A stretch of DNA of 64,000 nt from NCBI GenBank assembly GCA_963831325.1, contig CAWHQA010000004.1, positions 128,069 through 192,068 on the forward strand, written 5' to 3'. Each line of letters opens with the position of its first letter. Position 1 is the stretch's first letter. The notes beneath the pieces are model-generated. The model saw only the letters and a list, made by a program, of their open reading frames with translations, did no database searches and was not told the origin of the DNA. Positions 39,464 through 48,400 of the stretch are shown one piece after another. Both the position numbers and the translations under genes were made by a program. The DNA comes from an uncultured Actinomycetes bacterium. GTDB taxonomy: Bacteria; Actinomycetota; UBA4738; HRBIN12.

Positions 39464-39876
39464 TGCTGATCCTCGACACCAGCGTGCTTCTCGCAGCCCT
39501 CGATGCCGACGAACGCACCCATAGAGTCTGCAGTTCATTGATCGACGGCAGCAACGAACCGCTCGTGATCCCCTCGCCGGTACTCCCCGAACTCGGCTAT
39601 TGGGCCGAGCAGCGGCTCGGCGTCGACACGATGATCACCGTGCTCGGCGACGTTCGCCGGGGCGCATACGTGGTCGAGGAGCCCACATTCGACGACTTCG
39701 CTCGGGTTCAGACGCTGCTCGATCGATATCGCGACCTGCGCGTGGGGTTCGTCGATGCGGCGGTGCTGGCACTCGTCGAGCGGCTCGAGGAGCCCAAGCT
39801 AGCGACCCTCGATCACCGCCACTTCGGGGCGATGCGTCCGCGCCACGTCGACGCGCTCGAGCTGCTGCCGGGCTGA
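39463..39876 (+). CDS. vapC: PIN-domain ribonuclease toxin
   Basis: 137-aa ORF. MLILDTSVLLAALDADE carries the first PIN acidic residue. ..PSPVLPELGYW.. and ..GFVDAAVLALVERL...LATLDHRHF carry the conserved D/E quartet pattern. Confidence 0.85.
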   Translation: MLILDTSVLLAALDADERTHRVCSSLIDGSNEPLVIPSPVLPELGYWAEQRLGVDTMITVLGDVRRGAYVVEEPTFDDFARVQTLLDRYRDLRVGFVDAAVLALVERLEEPKLATLDHRHFGAMRPRHVDALELLPG

Positions 39877-39941
39877 GTTTCGGCCGCAGCATCTACATCA
39901 CGAAAAGCCGTCATCGCCGGGGAGGCCCGTCCGGGCGAGGT

Positions 39942-39962
39942 CGGAACAGCTGCTCTGTTCCG
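39942..39962. terminator. 8-bp stem / 5-nt loop hairpin between convergent vapC and the secreted-protein gene
   Basis: The sequence is CGGAACAG-CTGCT-CTGTTCCG. There is no U-tract. Confidence 0.35.
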
Positions 39963-39997
39963 AGCACTCGCCACGGACCGGCTCACACGCCGCTTCC

Positions 39998-40645
39998 TCA
40001 GTGGTCGCAGCCACCGATCCTGATCCGGTAGGTGACGCTGAACACCTCGTCGGGGACTCCGAAATCGACCGCAGTCTTGATGACGTGCCGGCCGCATTCA
40101 TCCTGCGGTGGCAGGGTCATGACCGTGCCGGTGAGCGACGTGCGCACGCCACCCGTGCCGAGGCCGATCTCGTCGTAGAAGCTTCCGTCCTCTGACCACA
40201 CGGTGAACGCGCCGAGGTTGAACGTCTTGCCCGAGAGTCCGACCCGCTCGCCGTCGAACTTCACCCATGACGAGACGGGGGCGAAGCCGTCGTTCGCGGC
40301 GGCGATGATCTGTGCGTCGGTCGAGCCGTCGGCCGGGATCGTCGTGAACCATGCGGCGTGCGAGAACACGATCGCCGTGTCGAGCGGAACCCGGCACCTG
40401 AGCTCCATGTCCTGGCCGATCGGCGGCGCCATGAAGAACGCGTTGCCCACGCGGTCGCCGCAGTCTCCCTCGAACGCCAACAGCAGCGGGCTCGGGCTTT
40501 CGCCGAGCGCCCAACGCGCCAGCGATCGGGCTCGGGTGAGGCCGGTCTTTTGAAGGTCGTCGCCATCGGTGCTCGCGTGAGCGGGAACGGTTCCCCCCAT
40601 GACGAAACACACCATCGTGGCGAGCAGCAAGAGCCGCCGGATCAT
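39998..40645 (-). CDS. Secreted hypothetical protein (signal peptide, 6 Cys)
   Basis: The start is set at MIRRLLLLATMVCFVMGGTVPAHA (ATG 40645) within ORF 39998..40753. The mature part is beta-rich: ..FEGDCGDRVGNAFFMAP..RCRVPLDTAIVFSHAAWF... I recognised no family. It is divergent from the cyclase-STAND-SLOG gene. Confidence 0.6.
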   Translation of the reverse strand: MIRRLLLLATMVCFVMGGTVPAHASTDGDDLQKTGLTRARSLARWALGESPSPLLLAFEGDCGDRVGNAFFMAPPIGQDMELRCRVPLDTAIVFSHAAWFTTIPADGSTDAQIIAAANDGFAPVSSWVKFDGERVGLSGKTFNLGAFTVWSEDGSFYDEIGLGTGGVRTSLTGTVMTLPPQDECGRHVIKTAVDFGVPDEVFSVTYRIRIGGCDH

Positions 40646-40705
40646 CGCATTCCCCTTCCCGGTACTACGTAGGGCGGGCAGCCGACACGACGCTACTCCC
40701 CGGGC

Positions 40706-43700
40706 GTGCCTGCGCGCAACCCTTCGAGCCGGCACATCGCCGGCGCAGGGCACATCGAGGCGCTACTAGCGGCGTATCGTTCGGCCGTGCAGGTGTGCAG
40801 GAAGTGCGGCGAACGCAATCCCGACCGGGCTCGGTTCTGCATGAGGTGCGGCGCCTCGCTCGACGACACCCAGCGCCCGCTCGAATCGCGGAAGGTAGTC
40901 ACGGTGCTCTTCGCCGACCTCCGTGGATCTACCGCGATCGGGGAGCGCCTCGACCCCGAAGCCGTTCGCCGGGTTCTCACGAGGTTCTACGACGCCGCGC
41001 GCGAGGTGATCGAGCGCCACGGCGGCACAGTGGAGAAGTTCATCGGTGACGCGGTCATGGCTGTCTTCGGAGTGCCGCTCGTGCACGAAGACGATGCCCT
41101 ACGAGGGGTGCGCGCGGCGGCCGAGCTGCAACAAGTCCTCGGGCACATGAACGACGAGCTGCTCCGCGCCAAGTACGGGGTCGGCCTCGAGCTGCGCATC
41201 GGCGTGAACACCGGCGAGGTCGTGGCCGGCGACCCTTCCACGGGCAGCTCGTTCGTGGCCGGCGATGCCGTGAACGTCGGCGCCCGACTCGAGCAGGCGG
41301 CGCCTCCCGGCGAGGTGCTCATCGGTTCGGAGACACAGCAGGCGGTCGGATGGGCCGTCGAGGTGGAAGCCATCGAACCGCTCGACCTGAAGGGGAAGTC
41401 GGAGAAGGTGCCCGCGTATCGGCTCGTGGCGCTGCGCTCACCGGACCAGGTGCCCGAACTGCTTCCCTTGATCGGCCGCGATCGGGAGCGACGCCGGCTC
41501 GATGACGCCCTCGATGCCGCCCTGAGCGCATCGCGCGCCGTGACCGTCACGTTGTCGGGTCCGCCGGGTATCGGCAAGACCCACCTCGCCGAAGACGCTC
41601 TCGAGCGGTGGCACCGAGAGCGCGGCGTTCGAGCCGTCGAGGTGCGATGCGTCGCCGAGGGGGAGGGCAACCCGCTCGGCCCGATCGTGGCGTTGATCCT
41701 CGGGCTCCTGAACGCTCCGGCGGGCGCTCCGGCCGACGATGTCGCCGCGGCGATCCGACTTCGACTGGACGAGCATGAGCGCGCGCCGGTGGTCGCGACG
41801 GTGGTGGCGGGCCTCGTGCGCGGCGGCGGGGCCCGCCCCTCGATGGTCGACGTGGCCTGGGCGGCGGCCGAGCTCGTGTCATCGGTTGCCCGCGAGGCCC
41901 CGGTGGCATTGCTCATCGACGACGCTCACCGGAGCGACGATGATCTCGATGCTGTGCTGCACGAGGTGACGACGCGCCCGGATCGGCCCGTCGTGCTGGT
42001 ACGAACGGTGTTGCCCGAGTTCTCGTCGGGCACGACCGAAACGATCACGCTGGATCCTCTGGGGGACGCCGCATCGCGCGAGCTGCTCCTCTCGGTCATG
42101 GGCGACACGCCGGCCAACGACCGCATCGTCGCTCAGGCCGACGGCAATCCCCTGTTCCTGATCGAGACGGCGCGCATGCTCCGCGAAAGCGGCCCGCAGG
42201 ACGCCTCGGAAGCCCTTCGGGTGCCGACGACGATCAGGGGGTTGCTCGCAGCCCGCATCGAACGACTTCCTGCCGCCGAGGCGCGGCTGCTCGAGACGGC
42301 TTCGGCTATCGGTCGCGTCTTCCCGCTGGAGGGCGCCGCATCGATCGCGCGGATCGGGCTCGATCAGGTGAGCGCCGCAGCGACGTCGCTCGAGGGTCGG
42401 CACCTGTTGACCGAGGTCGGAAGCGTGCACGGCGCCAACACCTCGTTCTCCCATGCCCTCGTGCGTGAGGTCGCCTACCAGAGCATGACGAAAGAACGGC
42501 GCGCCGATCTGCACGAACGTTACGCTGCGTGGCTACAAGCCCGAGGACGGACCCTTCCGTCGGTCGTCGCCCATCATCTAGAGCAGGCATATGTGCTCCG
42601 CAGCAGCTTGGGCGTGCCGGGTCCTGACGAATGGCGGCTCGCAGCCCGGGCAGCGACGGCATTCGCGGCGAGCGGCCTGCACGCCATCGCGGGGGAGTCG
42701 CGTGCAACAGCGATCGCAGCCCTCAGCCGAGCGCGCGCGCTCGTAACCGCGATCCCTGCCGGGGCCGGAGCGTCCGAGGTCGCGCTCGAAGCGCGATCCT
42801 CGTCGGGTCGCTTGGCGGTCGATCTCGGGGACTGGGAGGCCGCGATCGAGCTGCTCGATCTCGAGTCGCTCGGTCCGACCGAGGGGCACGGCGACAGCTA
42901 TCGCCTGGGTCTTGCTCTTACGCAGGCACATCGTGGCCGGGCCGATCACGCCGAGCTGCGGCGTGGCCGCGCGCTGCTCGAGAGCCTGCTCGACACGGCC
43001 CCAACGGCAGACGTGGCCGCCTCGCTCGCCGGCAGTTGGAAGGGCATCGACGACGAGCGCGCCCTCGATCTGTATCGATCTGCGCTCGATCTGGACCCGG
43101 GGGATCCGTATGCGCTTGGAAACGTCGTGGAGTTCGAAGCTGTGAGCAGCGGATCGCTCGACGTGGTCCGCGGCATGGGCACTTTCCTCGATGCCGCAGC
43201 TCGTCGATGTCGCAGCCAGATCGAGCGCGGTGAGAACCAGCCTTGGGCAAGCTTCGATCTGGCCAAGTTCGCCCTGCTCTCAGGCGCACACGACGACGCC
43301 TTCGAAGCGGCCTGTCTGGCCGTCGCGCGCAGTTCCGCCCGATTCATGGTCGAGACATCGCTTCGGTCGCTCGAGCGGTTCTCGGCGATCGACGGCTCGA
43401 TCGCCGGTCTGCAGCGGGTGGTCTCGCTCTACCGCCTCGCGCTTGCCGCCGGCTTCGGTGCTGATGAGGTGGTCCCGTCGTTGCCCTCGACTCCTGACGC
43501 TCGATCGTTCACCCGTCCGGTCGTCATCATCGCCGGAGGATCCTCGCTCGAGTCTGAGGCCCAAGTGCTCCGGTTCGGTCCGCTGGTGCGCGAAGCCATG
43601 CGCGGGGGAGGGGGAACGCTGGTGTCCGGCGCGACCCGTCAAGGCGTGAGTCTGATCGCAGGCGACATCGCGGAAGATGATGCGTTCCGGGCCATCGGAT

Positions 43701-44047
43701 ATCTGCCGGCCTCGATACCGGCTAACGTCGAGGTCGATCACGAGCGGTACGCGGAGCTGCGACGCACGACCGGCGAGGACTTCAGCGTCGCGGAACCGTT
43801 GCAGTACTGGAGCGACGTTGTTGCGAGCGGCATCGACCCTGCCGACGTCCGGGTGCTCGCGATCGGCGGCGGCGGCATCTCGGCCGCGGAGTATCGCATG
43901 GCGTTGGCGCTCGGGGCTCGGGTCGGCGCGATCAGCGGAAGCGGCGGGGCGGCGTCGGAGCTGTTGCGCGACCCGTGGTGGGCGGCGACGACGAGGCTGG
44001 TCGAGCTTGCGCCCGAGGTCGAAGCGATGCGCGAATTCCTCGGGTAG
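40706..44047 (+). CDS. Zn-ribbon + class III nucleotide cyclase + P-loop STAND ATPase + TPR/helical (MAP3K-TRAF-binding/DUF4071-like) region + C-terminal SLOG/LOG-like Rossmann domain
   Basis: Intact 1113-aa ORF; an alternative start at GTG 40787 gives MQVCRKCG.
- Zn ribbon: CRKCGERNPDRARFCMRCG.
- Cyclase: VVTVLFADLRGSTAIGE..KFIGDAVMAVFG..LRIGVNTGE..GDAVNVGARL..GEVLIGS.
- Walker A GPPGIGKT (nt 41558-41581) and Walker B ALLIDDAHRSDDD.
- Helical region with ..LAGSWKGIDDERALDLYRSALDLDPGDPYALGNV.. and ..NQPWASFDLAKFALLSG...
- Last 177 aa (nt 43514-44044): RPVVIIAGGSS...TLVSGATRQGVSLIAGDIA...VLAIGGGGISAAEYRMALALGARVGAISGSGGAA. These are the two Gly-rich motifs of LOG/SLOG-type nucleotide-binding folds. 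Confidence 0.85.
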   Translation: MPARNPSSRHIAGAGHIEALLAAYRSAVQVCRKCGERNPDRARFCMRCGASLDDTQRPLESRKVVTVLFADLRGSTAIGERLDPEAVRRVLTRFYDAAREVIERHGGTVEKFIGDAVMAVFGVPLVHEDDALRGVRAAAELQQVLGHMNDELLRAKYGVGLELRIGVNTGEVVAGDPSTGSSFVAGDAVNVGARLEQAAPPGEVLIGSETQQAVGWAVEVEAIEPLDLKGKSEKVPAYRLVALRSPDQVPELLPLIGRDRERRRLDDALDAALSASRAVTVTLSGPPGIGKTHLAEDALERWHRERGVRAVEVRCVAEGEGNPLGPIVALILGLLNAPAGAPADDVAAAIRLRLDEHERAPVVATVVAGLVRGGGARPSMVDVAWAAAELVSSVAREAPVALLIDDAHRSDDDLDAVLHEVTTRPDRPVVLVRTVLPEFSSGTTETITLDPLGDAASRELLLSVMGDTPANDRIVAQADGNPLFLIETARMLRESGPQDASEALRVPTTIRGLLAARIERLPAAEARLLETASAIGRVFPLEGAASIARIGLDQVSAAATSLEGRHLLTEVGSVHGANTSFSHALVREVAYQSMTKERRADLHERYAAWLQARGRTLPSVVAHHLEQAYVLRSSLGVPGPDEWRLAARAATAFAASGLHAIAGESRATAIAALSRARALVTAIPAGAGASEVALEARSSSGRLAVDLGDWEAAIELLDLESLGPTEGHGDSYRLGLALTQAHRGRADHAELRRGRALLESLLDTAPTADVAASLAGSWKGIDDERALDLYRSALDLDPGDPYALGNVVEFEAVSSGSLDVVRGMGTFLDAAARRCRSQIERGENQPWASFDLAKFALLSGAHDDAFEAACLAVARSSARFMVETSLRSLERFSAIDGSIAGLQRVVSLYRLALAAGFGADEVVPSLPSTPDARSFTRPVVIIAGGSSLESEAQVLRFGPLVREAMRGGGGTLVSGATRQGVSLIAGDIAEDDAFRAIGYLPASIPANVEVDHERYAELRRTTGEDFSVAEPLQYWSDVVASGIDPADVRVLAIGGGGISAAEYRMALALGARVGAISGSGGAASELLRDPWWAATTRLVELAPEVEAMREFLG

Positions 44048-44065
44048 GGAGAGGAGGCTGCGTTG

Positions 44066-45379
44066 ATGAGCAAGGTCGCCCGGGATGTCTTCGTCAGCTA
44101 CCGACGTGATGACGCGGGCGGGTATGCGGGACGCCTCGGCGACGCCCTCGCGGATCGGTTCGGAGCCGACCACGTCTTCCTCGATGTGGTCAGCATCGCG
44201 CCCGGTGCCGATTTCGTGGCCGCGATCCGGGAGGCGATCTCGGCGTGCGATGCATTCGTGCCCGTCATCGGACCCGGCTGGGCGGATTCCCGCGATGGTC
44301 GGGGGAACCGCAGCTCGACGACCCGGATGACGTGGTGCGTCTCGAGATCGAGGCGGCACTGGAACTGGACGTCGCGGTCATCCCTGTGCTGGTGGGCGAC
44401 GCGTCGATGCCGACGGCCGACGGGCTCCCACCGGGACTGCTCGGCCTCGCGAAGCGGAACGCCGTGCCGATCAGCAACGCTCGCTGGTCCTCCGACGTGT
44501 CCCGTCTCATCGCGGCGCTCGTGGGCGGGACCAGGACGCAGGACCTGGTGTGGGTTCCGCCACGAGATCTGCAGTACGCCCACCGTGAGGATGCGAGCAT
44601 CGCCTTCGAGGCTTTCGGCCGCGGACCCGTCCTGGTGTATATGCCGAGCTGGGCATCGAACATCGAGTCGAACCACCGGCACGCGCCGTACCACCGCTGG
44701 CTCTCGGATCTTTCGCAGATGTGCCGTCTGATCGTCGTGGATAGTCGCGGACGTGGATGTTCCGACGGGGTCAGCGAGAGTCTCGAGGTTCACGTGGAGG
44801 ATCTCATGGCCGTGCTCGATGCCTCCGGCTCTCCGCGTGCAACCTTGTTCGGCGTCCAGGAGACGAGGTTGATCGCCCTGCTGGCTGCGGCGAGACATCC
44901 CAACGCATCACCCGTCTGGTCCTCTTCGACGCCAGCGCCTCGTACGCTCCGACCGACGACGACGCGTCGTCATGGGTCGACGAAGACTGGGAAACGGCCG
45001 TCCGCACCGAGGACATGTGGGGGACCACGGCCTACACTCATTCCTGGGCCCTGGCTCACACGCCCTCGCTGGTGGGAGATGTGGGCGCTCGAATGGCTGA
45101 CGACCCTCTTCCGCCTCACGTACGGTCCTCAGAGTCTGCACGTGCAGACCCGGATGTTCATGCGGGCCGACGTTCGCGACGCATTGCCTTCGGTCGTGGC
45201 TCCGACGCTCGTGCTTCGGCGCGAGCACGACGCCATCTTCAGCGAGCAAGAGTGCCGGTACGTCGTGGACCGGCTGTCGAAAGCGCCTAGAGGAGCTCTC
45301 AGGTCGAGATGCGATGCCGTGGGCGGGTGACACTCGACCGGTCACCGAGGCGATCGCACGGTTCCTCAAGACCGGCTAG
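44066..45379 (+). CDS. TIR domain + alpha/beta-hydrolase-fold domain fusion (frame-broken)
   Basis: SD GAGGAGG precedes ATG 44066, 18 bp after the upstream stop. The TIR part is DVFVSYRRDDAGGYAGRLGDALADRFGADHVFLDVVSIAPGADFVAAIREAISACDAFVPVIGPGW....DDPDDVVRLEIEAALELDVAVIPVLVGDASMP. The second part, ..LQYAHREDASIAFEAFGRGPVLVYMPSW..LIVVDSRGRGCSDG..ATLFGVQETRLIALLAAARHP.., is collinear with the hydrolase-like module of the 7535 cyclase. The end is ..VTEAIARFLKTG*. The pieces are ORFs 44063.., 44245.., 44757.. and a fourth frame. Confidence 0.8.
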
Positions 45380-45404
45380 GCGAAACGGCAGGTGACCTTG
45401 TCGA

Positions 45405-48400
45405 TCAGTCCGCGATGGCGAACGTGGCGAGCACGCGATCCACGGCCGGCATGAATCTCTCGAAGCTACGACGGTCGGCTGAGAACGCGTTCACGACGAT
45501 GGTGGAGCCGCCCGTTTCCAGGACGATCCATCGGTCGACTCCCCGGGGCCGAGAGCGTTGACAAAGTCGTCAGTCGTGAGAGGTCCGGTCTCGTGTCGTG
45601 CCGACATCGCCAAAGCGTGACGCATCCTCCACAGGTCGGCCATGGGTTTTCGCGCGGCACGGAGACCACCTCGGTGTCGACGGAAACGCCATCGATGTCC
45701 CCGACGCTCATGGGTGTGGGGGAGGTGGTCTCCAGGTCGGGGTGTCTTGCGAGCCATCTCGGCAGATCTTGTGGAAAGGGCAACAGATTCCTTCGCTCGT
45801 CCCAATCCTTGAATGGGTCGAGCCGCGCCCTGGATTGAGGGAGATGAAGCTCAATCCGCTGAAGGGATCGTCGATCGGCTGAAGCTGCACGAGGTACCAA
45901 ACCCAACATCCTTCTCGTCCGGAGCCAGCTCTGCCGTGACGAACCAATCGTCCTCCAGGTCGAAGGAGAACTCCGGGTACGCGTGCTCGAGTGTGTATGT
46001 GCCGGGCGTTACGACACCGTTCGAGACGCGCTCTCCATCGGCATCGACAGCACGACCGGACCGCTCTTCGAAGCGCCTACGAGTCTCCGCTGCGACTCGA
46101 GCCTCAGGGCCCAAGGAATCGGCCAGCCGTCGCCGGGCGAGCGAGATGAGTTCACCGATGCTGCCACAAGCATCGCAACGATCGATCCTGACGGACGTCT
46201 CGTTGGTGCTCACGACCCTGGAGCCGTCGCCGGTGAAGAATGCAATGCGCCCGGTCCACCGCCTCCCCCGAACGAGGCGAGCAAGTCACCGGAGTTCGGG
46301 TCCCACACCCGGGTGGTACCGCCGTCGTCGGTCGTCGCGACCCTCTGACCGTCAGCATCCCACCACACGCTGTTGACCACTCCGTCATGGCCTGGGAGCC
46401 GCCGCAGCAACTCACCTGACTCCGGATCCCACACGCGTGCGACTCCGTCATCCGAGCGTGTGGCCACACGCTCGCCATCAGGCGAGAAGACCATACCCAG
46501 AACCTCACCACCATCCTCGAGGGAGGCGATTCGACGGCCTGCCCGGGCGTGCCACACGATCGCGGTCGAGGCGACGGTTCCCGCGAACCGGCCGTCTGTA
46601 CTGAGGGCGAGGCCGACTCCACCCGATCGGAAGAGGCGGTCGTCGTGCCACAGTTCTTCGCCCGAGCCCGCGTCCCACATGCGGACCGTTCCATCACCCA
46701 CACCCGATGTGAAGACGAGGCCATCCCCACTGATATGGGCTTCCCAGACGCCTCCGAACTCATTCGGCTCGCCATGCCTGTACATGCCGAGTTGCTTCCC
46801 TGTGCATGCATCCCGCAGGCGAGCCTGCCATCGTCGCTCCACGTCAGGGCGCGATCAGAGCTCGCGAAGAAGTCGGCTGCCATGTACGTCTCGTCGTGGC
46901 CACGGAGCTCCGTCACCAACCTTCCGGAAGCCACGTCCCACACACGGCCCGATTCCGTCCAGTCCCTCCAGAGACGAGCAACCGTCCGTCGGTGCTGAGG
47001 GAGGCGGTGGTCAGCGGTGCGCCGGCATCGAGCCGCATGGTCTCGCGTCCGGTATCGGAATCGACAGGTATGCCGCACCATCCCACGTCGATACCGCGAT
47101 CCGCGGACCCGAGGGGTCGGCGGACGCGAACGAGATCTCGCCCTTGACGACCGTCCGTCCGGTCGACACATCCCAGATCCGAGCCGTCCCGTCACGGCCC
47201 CCGGTCACCACGCTGGCGCCATCGGGAGAGAAGCGGGCATCCAGGACCTCGCCCGCATGACCTCGAAGGGTTGCGATCGACGTGCCGTCGTCCGCGTCCC
47301 AGACCCTCGCCGTTCCATCCGTGGCTCGAGGTGACGACAAGGGCTCCGTCGTTGCTGAACGAAGCGGTACCGATTTCACCCTGGTGTCCTCGGAGGACGG
47401 CGGGCTGCCGTCCAGCCCGGGCGTCCCACACCCTCGCCGTCTCATCCTCCCCGGCGGTGACGACGGAGCGACCGTCGGGGGAGAACGTAGCCTCGACGAT
47501 AGGCGTGGCTCCCGGGTCGAGATCTGCCAGGAGGCGTCCCGATGCTGGCTGCCCAGATCTTCGCAGTCCCATCCTCGCTGGCGGTCGCTATCCGCGATCC
47601 GTCGGGGGAGTAAGAGGCGCTGTACAGGCCGTCGACGTGTCCTTCCAACACGCTGATCGTCCGACCGCTCTTCGCATCCCACAAGCGAGCTGTGTCGTCA
47701 TCACTTGCCGTCACGATGGTCGTGCCTCTAGGATCGAAGTCCACGTCGTAGATCGGCCGGGAATGTCCACGGAACACGCCCACCAACCGGCAGGTCGAAG
47801 GATCCCATGTTCTCGCGATGCCGTCTTCCCCGGCGGTGACGACGCGAGCGCCGGACGCATCGAACGTCGCATCGTGCACCGCCCCACCGCCGTGACGCAA
47901 CGTGCAGACTTCGTCGCCACTGTCTGCATCCCACACGATAGCGGTGCCATCGAAGCTCGCGGTCACGGCCAGCGAGCCGTCGGGGGAGTAGTCGACGGAT
48001 TCGATGATGTCGTCATGTCCAGACAGCACGACCGGTGCTCGCGAGCTCGCCGTGTCCCACAAGCGGGCGGTTCCGTCTGTACTCCCGGTAAGGATCCTCC
48101 GCCGACTGGGCTGTATCGAACGGAGACGATCGCAGCCTCGTGTCCGCGCAGGGTTCGCCGAACCCTCGAGGTCTCCAACGATCGCCGGAGCGCATCGACT
48201 GCCTCGGCGGTCTGGGCACTCGCCATGGCTTCGGTCGCTAGCACGAGCGACCGTTCGGGGTCGACGGCGAGCTGACCCATGGCCGAGGCGGCGAGTTCCC
48301 TCGATCGTGAGTGGGCCGCTTGCTCTCGCGCCTCGCCCCGTTGCACGAGCGCGAACGCGCTGAGCGCGAGCGAGACGACGAGTGCCGCGGCCACCGCGGC

